A stretch of 64,000 nt of DNA. Source: Ostreococcus lucimarinus (Eukaryota). A program made the translations under genes and the position numbers. The notes beneath the pieces were generated by a model. That model was not told where the DNA came from, did not search any database, and was given only the letters and a program-made list of their open reading frames with translations. The stretch is from assembly GCA_000092065.1 (NCBI GenBank), contig CP000582.1; one strand, 5' to 3'. How positions within the stretch are numbered: the stretch's first letter is position 1; each line of letters starts with the position of its first letter. Positions 1 through 10,180 of this stretch are shown here, one piece after another.

Positions 1-1169
1 TGTAAGCCCAGCCATGAGAAAATTGCACCGTGGAATGGGAATCAGGGACTGTTTCAAACCAGTTTAGAAAAGGACATTAAAGTCCCACGAACTTACCGCT
101 ATGAGACCAACAAGATCGTTGTTCATGTAACCAGGATATCTGAGAGTTGTGGTACTCGCTGCCATGACCTTCGATACGAGAGAGTTTGTATGGGAGAAAT
201 CAGGCGAGGCAACATGGAGGTGGTCCATTGCGATTCGATTCAAAGCCGCGTTATCTAAAACAACTACACAATCCGCGTGGTTTGTTAGACGTTTCAGAGT
301 CAAGAGAGAGTTATACGGCTGTACAACGACATCTTTACTACGACGTGAGCAGCAACAAAATAATAAAGCCTTCCGTGCTTACCACTTGACTCGCTTTGAT
401 TTGGGAAAACACTGTACGTTTGCAGAAGTTTTTTCCCATACCGATCGCTCAAAGCCTAGTTATCATGTGAGAATGCATTCGCTACGCGATTCACGACAAC
501 CCACCTCCAATAGATATGATCCCATACCAGACCCAGTCCCGCCAGCTATCGAGTGGCAAATAACAAAACCCGCAAGACTATCGCTACCGTCGACCTCTCG
601 ATCGATCATTTCCATTAACTCCTCCTAATACACGTGAGTTTGCTTGCAGGATGGCAACATTTTCCAACTTACATGAACAGCCTCAGCTTGCGTGTACCCG
701 TTTGCCCAATTATTTCCCGCACCCCCCCCGTGTGCAGATGTAAAAAAGTTTTCAGTATTGAATAGAGAACGCTGTGTTGAAGTTTGAATAGAGTTGATGA
801 CACGCGGTTCAAGATCAAGTAACTATTCAAGTTTTAATGACGTCGGTATATCCCTCACATAGCATCCTTACCAGCGCTCTTGGTACATAATGTTCATCAT
901 CTGCTTGGTAGAAGAAAACATCCTTCCGATCGGAGAACATATTTACAGAGGCCCCATCGATGCGACACGTGCCATCCATTGATATCCCATGCTCAGTGCA
1001 TAACTTGCAAGAAATTAGACACCACTTACACCAAAACTGAGCAAACGAACCTGGTTCCAAAACTCTGTGCCAACTTGGTTGCCACACTGACCTATCTGTA
1101 TCGTCACGATCTCTCTAAATGTGGTTTAAAAAGCTTGTGCGAATACTTGAGGCAGACTCACCGCGGCAT
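1..1169 (-). CDS. TUBG: gamma-tubulin, multi-exon; 3′ end runs off the window start
   Basis: Minus-strand exons read [24 protein letters not shown] / [31 protein letters not shown] / ..[45 protein letters not shown] / SLIPIPR.. The motif [32 protein letters not shown] is specific to gamma-tubulin. ATG at 1169..1167, exon 1 1162..1169. First intron 1115..1161 (47 nt, GTGAGT..TAG). A further 47-nt intron has donor GTTCGT. The last visible exon continues below coordinate 1. Confidence 0.85.
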
Positions 1170-1526
1170 GATCTGCTGAAAGTAAAACTGTGCGGCACCG
1201 TGAGCGCCAAGCGCGAACGCGAGTGACCGTGCAGTCGAATTTTTAAACGGTTTTGTGTTTTTTTGACAGCTCTAACTACATTTTCCGCCATTGGTACAGT
1301 AATATCTACAATACGACCAGCAGAATTGTTGCGACCCGCGCAACTTGCGCGCGGACTTGCACAACAACGCAAGGACAGGAACTTTCGGAGGGCATATATG
1401 AGTTCGCCGTAAGCACTGGAAATACGCAAGTAGAAATCATCGTGAGCATCGTCTTCCAACTGTGAACTTCCATCCGTGATCAAACTTACGCTGTTTGAGT
1501 TTACTTCTCCTACCTCCAGTTAAAAA

Positions 1527-3276
1527 ATGACGCCGACCTTCGCATCTTTAGCTCTTCGTGGATGCTTTCTCTGGGCAAAGATGCAGGTCAACGATCGCGT
1601 AACATACTCCAGGCAGTGTTCAACAGTGCTGTGCACGAACCGTAAGGCTCAGCGCACGAATGTGTTGCCTGGTGGTTCCGGGAGACTTTCGCAGGTGCTG
1701 AGAGCCTCTCGCTTTGTTGAGTCGACGGCCGCTCATCGAAACTCTGGTTTCTCACAACATTCCGGATTCATCGACGATTTCAGAAAAATCCCCAACCTTT
1801 CGCGAAGTCTTTTTGGCTTCATGCGACCTCATACAATTTATGGAACACTGGTACTTTTGAGTTGTTTGGTCTTGTCAAACTTGATTGTTTCCGTAGATAA
1901 GCATAGTATCGATCAGTCTCATGGCCGCCTCAGTAGATTCATCGCCATACAACACTTTACTTTGGAAGCTCTGGCAGGTGCTTTTTACATCATTTTGCCT
2001 CCCAACACTGTATGTAAGTTTTCGTAGGTGATATTTTGTGCGTTGGCGATGAATGTCACTATTGTGGGGCTCAATCAAATATACGACAAGAAGATGGACA
2101 AGGTTCAAACGTGAAGTATTTTCATCGAAAAGACCTCACTATTATCATAGATCAATAAACCTTATTTGCCACTCGTGTCAGGCGGCTTTACAACAGACAC
2201 AGCACTAACAACCATCGCTGTATGCTGTTCGAGTTCTGTCATCTGCGGTAAGGTTTTGGATTTCCGAAATGAAGCTTGTAAATCTTCGTTTTAGGAACGT
2301 TGACACAATCTTTCCACCTTTTGACTACTCTTGTTTTGAGGTATTTGATCGATCCACCTCATGACACTGGCACATTTAACGCGTGAAATAGTTTGTTACT
2401 CGGAGTTATCTACTCTACAGACTTTAAGTTACTTCGCTGGAAGGTATACTCGTCGCTTGCAAAAATACGACAAAATCTGAGTTCGTTAGCGGATTCCTGC
2501 GCTTGCAATTGTGTGCATTCTCAGCGTGAGGGCTATCCTAGTGCAGTGGGGTTTCTTCGGGCACTTCATGTCGTGCGTGGAACAATTTTTGACGTCCTTT
2601 CCTGATAATCCCTGTTTAGGTCAAGTTATATTCCTTATTGGGCAATGCCAGAAAATTTGGCCTTTTCGATACTTTTTATGAGCGTTTACTCCGTAGTGAT
2701 TGCGTTGTTGAAGGTAATAGATCTACAACTATTCCTATCTTTCACTTACGTTAAATAGGATACCCCAGATTTGGTTGGTGATTCGCAATCTGGAATGCGA
2801 ACGCTGGCAGTGCGACTCGGCGTGAGTTTAATGTACAATTATCATCTCTTGTCTCAACGTTCAAAAGGTTAAACCAGTCTTGAGGCTGTGCTGTTTGCTC
2901 TTGTTTTTGGCTTATTCAAGGTATTGCACTTCAAATTGAACGAGTGTTATCAGCTTATTATCCCTTCAATGGACAGTGGGATTTTAGTCGGACTTAGCCG
3001 TTCAGATTCGTGTATTCAAATGATTGTGTTGGTGCGTCAATTAGTTTTCAAATGCATCCGTTCTTAAAGTGTTTGGCACCGAAGACCTTGGGGCATTCGC
3101 TTTCCCTTATTCTGATTTTCATCAAATATTCGAAAACGGAGCATGCGTCATCGAGTTCACTTTACTCATTTTACATGTTCATCTGGAAGGTAATTTTGAC
3201 ATGGTTCTTATGTATTGATGCTTCCCAATCCGTGTAGATGTTCTACTGTGAATACTTCATGCTACCCTTCCTTTGA
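1527..3276 (+). CDS. UbiA-family homogentisate prenyltransferase (HPT/VTE2- or HST-like, tocopherol/plastoquinone pathway) with S/T/R-rich N-terminal transit peptide; at least 8 exons
   Basis: ATG at 1527. Exon peptides match homogentisate phytyltransferase: FMRPHTIYGT.., VIFCALAMNVTIVGLNQIYDKKMDK / INKPYLPLVSGG.., LLRWK / RIPALAIVCILSVRAILVQ.., MSVYSVVIALLK / DTPDLVGDSQSGMRTLAVRLG, ..YMFIWK / MFYCEYFMLPFL*. Introns: 2103..2150 (donor GTTCAA), 2714..2758 and others of 45–60 nt. A problematic 18-nt GT..AG segment at 2010..2027 carries an in-frame TAG. Stop at 3274..3276. Confidence 0.7.
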
Positions 3277-3472
3277 CGTGACGCCACTGACTCGTGAAAG
3301 TTTGGCGGCTTCCGAAGGCAAGTTTAGGAGAGGTTATATTTATGCTCGATCGCTCAATTCACATAGAGGCAAAAGTAGTCCGAACAGAGATCAGGGACAA
3401 CGTGTTACATTTTGTAGACTAAACTATTGTCGATCCGTCCACAGTGTCAAAAGGTGCACGCGATGATTTCTC

Positions 3473-4267
3473 CTACTTTTCAGTGTTCAGACCGGCTATG
3501 CCTGCAGCGATACGCTCCTCTCGTCTCGCGATTTTACGAGTTCTAACAGACTTGTTTTTCGCTCTTCGTGCCTCAAACTGGTCGGCTAAGGACTTCTCTC
3601 TGGCCTTCTCTGCCTTGGCCTTGTGGATGGCTTCCATCAAGACCCGCTTGTTCTTGAACACATTCCCCTTACATTTGAGGTACATGGAGTGGTACATGTG
3701 CTTATCGATTTTCTTCGCATCTCTGTACTTTGACAATAGTCTGCGCAGCACTCGGTGGCGACGAAGCCAAAGTACTTTGGTGGGAAGTCTGGCCTCGCGA
3801 GTACCGCGTCTTTTACCGTAACCGGTGTGTCGGCCTAGTCGCTTGGCGGCCTGCTCTCTCTTTGTACGAGCGCGCGAGTGAATCTATAATGACAACATAT
3901 TTGTAGGTCAGTACAGGCGTTCTTAGCCAAAGGGACGCGGTCACGCAACGACTCGCACAACGTACCTTCGTAGGTTTTCGGATCACGAAACCATCTTTCA
4001 CGAGTTTACGGATGTTTTGTCGCGAGTTTGCAGCTGCGATCTCGTTGACCTAAGAAGCGCAAAATTAAATGGGTTAGAGTGTTTGCTCCCCAGGGCGTCG
4101 TAATGCGGGATGTATAGTACACGTGGACGTATACGTGATCGTGTACAGATCCTACAGATCGGGTTGGAGGCTGTTTCGCGCACCTCGTTAGGGTCCATCC
4201 AGATCTTGCGTGCACCGCAATTCAACACGGATGCGGCGAGGCGTTTTTGCAACTTTAATGAGACCAT
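3473..4267 (-). CDS. RPL19: 60S ribosomal protein eL19 (3 exons)
   Basis: Exon 1 reads [29 protein letters not shown] (canonical eL19 N-terminus). Exon 2 reads ..[11 protein letters not shown] (donor GTACGT). Exon 3 reads [88 protein letters not shown].. Confidence 0.9.
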
Positions 4268-4669
4268 GGTACAAGATTTTGCTTCGTAGCTTGATCGGCG
4301 AACGGCACGCTATGCCGAACTTTAGGGTTTGTCCGTGTCACAGCTGCGACGACGGTGCGACGGCTAGGCGCACTCCTCTGGACTACACTTTTTATGTCCG
4401 AAGTGTGGTATCATTTCTCGTGTCGATGAAAACATACTATATAGCTACTATAACCTATATAGCAACCAATGTGGTACCATACCGTAGTATGACATCATAT
4501 CATACAATATCAGTAAATCACCTAAAAATTACGGACGCACCGGTCGGTCCCCAAATGTCGCCGGGCTGTCGCAGACCCTGCTTGGGATGCAGAATAGCAT
4601 TCATTCGACGACAGTCGTCGGCGTTTGTTTCTTCTTCACGAATATTTCGTCTCTTTTCGCACACGCGGC

Positions 4670-6010
4670 ATGCGTGCTTTCGTGAGCGGCGAGAAGCTAA
4701 GGAAACGAAATGGGCACGACATGAACGGCGAATGTCCACGACAAATTACACCAGTTTCACCTCTTGATCATCGTCTTTACGCTACTCTTGCGCGTGGTCA
4801 GCTTCATTCTCTTTTACCGGTACAGAAGCAGACGCTATCGCGCGCTCTTGCGGGGAGCTTCGAGAGGGACTTGTGTGTCACAGCTCCTACCGGGAGCGGT
4901 AAAACTCTCTCCTATTTGCTACCTGTGTTACAGATACTTTCAAAGCGAGTATCGAAAGCCGAAACAGTGTGCCTGATTCTTGTACCGAGTGGCGATCTTT
5001 CCGCACAGGTATGCGTCGCCGCTAGTGAACTCTGCAAAGCATTGCACGTACAGATTTCTATTGTTGGGAAAAGTCGCAATACAACCAATTCAACTAAACT
5101 AGTGAACAAGCGATATCGACGGCTATTGGCTCAAAATAGACAGCGTATGTATCAGTGTTGTATCACGCGCCAGTTTGCGCGACATAATTCGCTGGATGTG
5201 CCTTCACAAATACTTGTAGCGTCTCCTGGAAGGTTTGCTGCACATCGGACGAGTATTCTCAAGAAATTGAAATTGTTAGTCATCGATGAGGCGGACAGAA
5301 TGCTTCAACAATCATATCAAAACTGGCTCGTTACGCTGGACTATGAAATGTGTGCGCGAACACGTCAGTGTCGGCGTCTCACTGTGGGTGAACGAAACTC
5401 TGAAAGACTGCAACTTATATTTTGTTCAGCAACATTGCAAAGTTCGTGTCTACAAAGGGTTGGAGCTTTCGCACTTGATCGAATCAATGCTTATGATAGT
5501 GTCTGTCCACTTTTGCCTATTACGCTGTCTGAGTATGCGATTGTTGCGGAACACACTGATAAGTTTGATGCTCTTGTCTCGCTACTTGAATTTTTCAAGG
5601 GTGAAAAAGTTATTGTCTTCTCTGCCTCGGTATATCGTGCTAGACATATACTACAGCGGTTGAATAAATTAGAAAATTTGCCCTGTTTCGAGTATAGCAG
5701 TGACGCAAACCTTCGAAGACGAGCATCTACGCTTCAAAACTTCCAGCGCTGCCAGGGAGGTGTCCTTGTTGCTTCAGATGCCGCTGCACGAGGTTTACAC
5801 ATCGATGCAGTATCGGCTGTGATATCTTTTGACGCTCCTGAGCATTTCGAGACGTATCTGCATCGAGCTGGAAGAACGGCGAGGGCAGGCAAAACGGGCA
5901 AATGTATCACGATTTGTTCGACAGCACGTGAAGCACAAACTTTCATAAAACGAGTTCAGCGCCATGTCCCAATACTCCTTTCAACAGAGCTTCAAGGCTC
6001 GACTATTTAG
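4670..6010 (+). CDS. DEAD-box ATP-dependent RNA helicase
   Basis: Single long ORF carrying the Q-motif region (PLDHRLYATLARGQLHSLLPVQKQTL) and motif I (APTGSGKTLSYLLPVL). DEAD box is LVIDEADRML, SAT motif is FCSATL, motif VI is HRAGRTARAGKTG. First in-frame ATG at 4670; a second ATG lies at ~4720. Confidence 0.85.
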   Translation: MRAFVSGEKLRKRNGHDMNGECPRQITPVSPLDHRLYATLARGQLHSLLPVQKQTLSRALAGSFERDLCVTAPTGSGKTLSYLLPVLQILSKRVSKAETVCLILVPSGDLSAQVCVAASELCKALHVQISIVGKSRNTTNSTKLVNKRYRRLLAQNRQRMYQCCITRQFARHNSLDVPSQILVASPGRFAAHRTSILKKLKLLVIDEADRMLQQSYQNWLVTLDYEMCARTRQCRRLTVGERNSERLQLIFCSATLQSSCLQRVGAFALDRINAYDSVCPLLPITLSEYAIVAEHTDKFDALVSLLEFFKGEKVIVFSASVYRARHILQRLNKLENLPCFEYSSDANLRRRASTLQNFQRCQGGVLVASDAAARGLHIDAVSAVISFDAPEHFETYLHRAGRTARAGKTGKCITICSTAREAQTFIKRVQRHVPILLSTELQGSTI

Positions 6011-6152
6011 ATTTCTTAGTCGTACTACCGTCAGTACAAATTGTGAAATAGTTGCGTCTTTTATTGTTTTACTCGAAATTCATATTTCACGAAAAGCTTC
6101 CTAGACTTGTACTCCGTGGGCACGCATTGCAGCACCTGGCTATTTATCGTGA

Positions 6153-6230
6153 CCATCGAGCCTCGTGCTCAGACTTCAACAAAGCCACATTTATCTTAAC
6201 CGTCGAGCCTCACGCTCAGATTCCATCAAC
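6153..6230. repeat. imperfect direct repeat of a ~30-bp unit (CCRTCGAGCCTCRYGCTCAGAYTYCAWCAAC) in the helicase–ERCC1 intergenic region
   Basis: Copy 1 at 6153..6181 and copy 2 at 6200..6230, visible directly. Could be a promoter or other regulatory motif upstream of ERCC1. Confidence 0.5.
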
Positions 6231-7175
6231 GTCAATATGTCGCCTAGATCGATAGACTTAGAAACAAGTTATGAAGCTTGTATTTTTGTTCACGTACCTT
6301 CTCGCACCGGGCCCTTCACATTTCGCATAATCTGTCTATTTTGGTCGTCTAAGAATTTAACACGAACCTGTGTCACCTAACACGGAAATCAGATATAACG
6401 CTCGACGTATAAACTACTGTATTACCTGGCCACGAGAGCCCGTACGACCGATGACCTTCATCACGATTGCTCTACCGAAGAAGTAAGTTTAGGGTTTCTA
6501 GGAATCAAACAACCAAGCGGGCGCGTTGTACAGACACGACGCAAGTAATGCGTTAGAAATAGAACTCACTTTTTTATGACGTCCTGTTTGTATGATCAAA
6601 GTTGCTGATAGTCAGTATCTACGTTTCGTCACGCCGGAGCACGCCAGGTCGCGCACGTTTCCGGGAGGAAGATTTCGGTGGGTTTCAGCGTGCGGTCGTC
6701 GCTTCACGCGCGTCACGTACCATTTTGCGTGACGGTTCTGACCACAGATGGCTGTTTAAAAACGATGAAAGCGAAGCGCAAGCTGTCTCGAGACAGCAGC
6801 TTCGGTATGACGCAGGCAAGGCTGCAAGTAGCACGATCCCGCTGACGGCTTGTAATTTCTTACCTACGTTCGCATTTTTTAACCAAATCGAACTCATATA
6901 CGCATTTATATTATATTATATGGTCTACTAGTACTGTACATCTAAAAAGACTTCACGGACAGATGCCGACGGGCACAGTGCTGCGCAAGCTAAAGCTAGC
7001 CAACAGTCCGCTACGTTTCCAAGCAAAGACTACGTAAAATGCCTCGCACAAACGAGATTGGGAGTTAGCTACAATAGCTACAATGTTTGGGCGTGCACGC
7101 TAACAAATTGCTTTGAGCCAACTGTTCTAAACTTGAAAGAGTAGAAAAAAAGAGTAGAGACACGAACGAGCGAGG

Positions 7176-7814
7176 ATGAAACGGCCGCCCCTCAGCACGC
7201 TCTTGGTGAATGTCCTACACAAGACACACCCGTTATTGGCTCTTCTGGAAGTCGGGTACAGACTCGAGAACATTGATTGCGACTTCATTTACGAACACAC
7301 CAGTATTGTATACTGCACGCTTCGCCTCCACACACTCAATGCGGACCTATCAACGCAACGCCTGAAGAAAGCTTCAAGCGTTCTGGCGAATGTGGTTGTT
7401 CTATGTCTCGTCGACTCAGAGGACAGCTTTCAAGCGTTGATCTCGTTAAATAGAGTTTGTGCAGCATCGAATTGTGTTCTTGTTTGTGTGTACACTTTAA
7501 GGGAGGCAATCAGCTACATTCACGCGTTGTGTGCTGCAACAGCCAGGAAGGATACTAGTACTACAATGATCAGTGATGTGTGCTCCATTCTCTCTTCTAT
7601 TCGCGGCATAAATAAACTTGATGTTCATGCTTTGTGCCATAATTACTGTTCATTTTCTGATTTGTGCAAATCGAATGCGCGGAGCTTATCTGATTGCCCT
7701 GGTGTCGGCGCAACGAAAGCACAAATTTTGAGACAAGCTCTCCAGAAGCCCATTATGATCGATCATGATCCCTCACTCAACTCAAGTAGAGAAAAGCCAC
7801 GACTATGTACCTGA
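7176..7814 (+). CDS. ERCC1: ERCC1-like nucleotide-excision-repair protein (central domain plus C-terminal HhH2)
   Basis: Real ATG at 7176. Peptide NVLHKTHPLLALLEVGYRLENIDCDFIY..ASSVLANVVVLCLVDSEDSFQALISLNRVCAASNCVLVCVYTLREAISYIH aligns with the human ERCC1 central domain ([21 protein letters not shown]...LLVQVDVKDPQQAL..ILAWSPEEAGRYLETYK). C-terminal SLSDCPGVGATKAQILRQAL is a helix-hairpin-helix. Confidence 0.8.
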   Translation: MKRPPLSTLLVNVLHKTHPLLALLEVGYRLENIDCDFIYEHTSIVYCTLRLHTLNADLSTQRLKKASSVLANVVVLCLVDSEDSFQALISLNRVCAASNCVLVCVYTLREAISYIHALCAATARKDTSTTMISDVCSILSSIRGINKLDVHALCHNYCSFSDLCKSNARSLSDCPGVGATKAQILRQALQKPIMIDHDPSLNSSREKPRLCT

Positions 7815-9663
7815 CTCCAGATGTGATTGGCACGCCACCGTGCGTCAGATAACTTCTGAAAGCGACGAAATCTCCACACTTTGGTCGAACAATGAACTCA
7901 TGCTCCGGGAAAATCGTACCGCCACCTTTGTATTGTATAGGATCATTTAGAGAAAGAGTTATGGAGAAGTGACCTTGATCGGTGTGTACTGGTAGCTGAC
8001 ACTGTCCATCACTGGCATCGTATTTTACTATGAATGCATCGTGAACCCTAAGATTCGTGTCACCATCGACTCTGAAACGTTCTTGAATGAAGGGACCTAT
8101 GATTTGCCCGAAGATCAAATTCCACTCTCGCAAGACAGAGGGAATTTCGTGTATAGGCAAATCAGTTGTGGCTACAGATTTGTGACGATCTGTGTCCCAG
8201 CCTCCTCTATTTGTTGCATGAGCTTCGGCGGTTTTAATCCAGCTAGAACAAGCTGATGGTGATATTGCACTATTTGTTGTCAAATAAATTTCATCAATTG
8301 AAATAGTCTGAAAAGACACATAGTATTCGGGACATTTTCTACATAAATACGCTGCGTATGAAACATCTTTGTTGAATTGTTTCGATAGCCATAGATGAGC
8401 TTTGTCAACCTTAAAAGCGAGTTGCCAGATACTGTGGGCAAGTTTCCATTTGCCTTGACTAAGGAGCGTCACACCATACGCATGAAGCACATCTGTGTCG
8501 TGTGGATTGTGAAGAAGTGTGCAGTGAAATAAGAGCTCTGCCTCTGAGTATCGCCCCTCTTCCTGCGCTTGAAGAGCCAATTGCTTCATTTGTTCGGGCG
8601 AAACTCTACCAAAATCTTCTCGTTCCCACGAACAACGCGAGCAAACGCAAACTTTACCAAGCTGCCTCAACAGTGAGGCATCTCTGGCACTTACACTAGA
8701 ATGAAGAGGTATAGTTGTCAAAGAGATCGGCTCCATCTGATCAATTTCTCTGAGCGCTATATATCCATATTTCACCTGTGAAAGGGTTGAATTAGCTTCA
8801 ACTTGCACACTTGGATTGCAGCTGTGTTGGAATTTGGTCAGAATTGGTGCCAACAAAAAACCGCAGTAATCTGGCAATTTATTCATAATTGCACAATGGT
8901 ATGAAACTTTCGGATGAATATCAAACTTTGAGCCGTAATGAGCTAATGCAGGATGAGTATCACCATTTTGGGAAGGAGATTGGCGTGTCGGTGGAATTGT
9001 TGTCTTCTCTGTACCAATAGCTACAGCAAACCGCTGAATGGAAGCCACTATATCTGCGTACATCTCAAAGTCTAAAAGCTCGGCAAATCGTGTTTTTGTC
9101 TCTAGATCAAATCTATTATTCAAATGTGCTTTCAATAAGTCCCATGCATCTGCTATTTGATGTTCTAAAATACACGCTCGTCGCACAAACTCATAGAAGT
9201 CCGTACACTCCCAGTTGGCGCGTGCAGCAAGTTCGGACCACTTATGACGCGGATCGAATTGCTCCGACCAACTCAATTGTATTTTTGATACGCTCGTTTC
9301 ACACTCTGACATTGCTGATAAAAGTTGAGCAAGCACCTTAGCAGCAAAAGTGAAACTTTCGCTCGACCTTCGGCAATACTCGTAGAATTCCAACATTGGT
9401 TCACTTCTATTTGAGCATAAAATTGAATGCCAGCCTAATTCCCGCATCGCATGCGGTGCACAATCTCGTCTACAGAAGATATCTCCACAGTCACACCTAA
9501 TGAAACTTGCCTTATCATCGTCGCAGTTACCGAAAAGACGCAAACAGTTTCCGCAAGTTTGCCGCGAACTGTTTTTTTGTAGAAGGAGAAAATTCGTAGA
9601 CGAGTCAACTTTGTGAAAGTCACCTTTGCTCATCTTCCGATGATGTCTGCTGTCCATGTTCAT
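7777..9663 (-). CDS. multidomain protein: MYND zinc finger, SET domain (SMYD-like), TPR-like region and a C-terminal prolyl-4-hydroxylase-type 2OG-Fe(II) oxygenase domain
   Basis: Uninterrupted 628-codon ORF with ATG at 9663. MYND: CGNCLRLFGNC..CDCGDIFCRRDCAPHAMRELGWHSILC. SET signatures: FQHSCNPSVQV (NHSCxPN) and ALREIDQMEPISLTT. P4Hc fold: HTDQGHFSITLSLNDPIQYKGGGTIFPE..VRPKCGDFVAFRSYLTHGGVPITSGVRYIVVAF, i.e. HxD..H..R..Y. The 3′ coding end overlaps the ERCC1 stop by ~38 nt. Confidence 0.65.
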   Translation of the reverse strand: MNMDSRHHRKMSKGDFHKVDSSTNFLLLQKNSSRQTCGNCLRLFGNCDDDKASFIRCDCGDIFCRRDCAPHAMRELGWHSILCSNRSEPMLEFYEYCRRSSESFTFAAKVLAQLLSAMSECETSVSKIQLSWSEQFDPRHKWSELAARANWECTDFYEFVRRACILEHQIADAWDLLKAHLNNRFDLETKTRFAELLDFEMYADIVASIQRFAVAIGTEKTTIPPTRQSPSQNGDTHPALAHYGSKFDIHPKVSYHCAIMNKLPDYCGFLLAPILTKFQHSCNPSVQVEANSTLSQVKYGYIALREIDQMEPISLTTIPLHSSVSARDASLLRQLGKVCVCSRCSWEREDFGRVSPEQMKQLALQAQEEGRYSEAELLFHCTLLHNPHDTDVLHAYGVTLLSQGKWKLAHSIWQLAFKVDKAHLWLSKQFNKDVSYAAYLCRKCPEYYVSFQTISIDEIYLTTNSAISPSACSSWIKTAEAHATNRGGWDTDRHKSVATTDLPIHEIPSVLREWNLIFGQIIGPFIQERFRVDGDTNLRVHDAFIVKYDASDGQCQLPVHTDQGHFSITLSLNDPIQYKGGGTIFPEHEFIVRPKCGDFVAFRSYLTHGGVPITSGVRYIVVAFLYLS

Positions 9664-9832
9664 ACTTCAAACGTTTCTTAGCTGCAAGACGTCACGTGGC
9701 GGCACCTTGCAGCCGCCGCCCCGCTCGGGTCGTCGCAAGTTCACTCGCGCGCATTTATTGTCATACTGTAACGGGTGTTCACTTTATTTAACGCGTTAAG
9801 TATCACTTGCCATGCGATGGTCTAAAAAAAAA

Positions 9833-9905
9833 TGGCGACACCGCGGATCGAACGCGGGACCTTTAGATCTTCAGTCTAACGCTCTCCCAACTGAGCTATG
9901 TCACC
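9833..9905 (-). tRNA. tRNA-Phe (anticodon GAA)
   Basis: Minus-strand sequence GGTGACATAGCTCAGTTGGGAGAGCGTTAGACTGAAGATCTAAAGGTCCCGCGTTCGATCCGCGGTGTCGCCA is near-identical to canonical eukaryotic tRNA-Phe. Cloverleaf folds with anticodon loop CTGAAGA. Followed by T9 (A9 on the plus strand at 9824..9832), a Pol III terminator. Confidence 0.9.
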
Positions 9906-10180
9906 GACTGAGCTCGAGGCATACTCGAGTAAGAGGTCTCCCGCTTTCCTCGCTTTCGCAAGGCGCGTTCCCGTACGACAACGGATTTTCGACTCAATAT
10001 ATTTCCTCTAACGAGTGGCATCATCGGCCGACGGCCGTTGGGAAGATGATGCCGTCAGTACTAAAGAATCTAGTGCTTTAGTGCTTATGTGGAAAACTGC
10101 TTACGATCGTCTGAAGAGACTGCCTCTTCCCGGTAGGGCTTTATTCTTTTTTTTATTCTGGTATTGACCGTCACACTGAT

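Noticed and set aside
149-628. 159-aa plus-strand ORF at window start
   Set aside because: Overlaps the gamma-tubulin exons and introns on the opposite strand. No homology, and its start is a non-ATG codon.
4210-4767. 185-aa plus ORF overlapping the 5′ end of the DEAD-box helicase
   Set aside because: Different frame from the helicase and no recognisable domain; most likely 5′ leader or promoter sequence. The helicase Q-motif begins after 4670.
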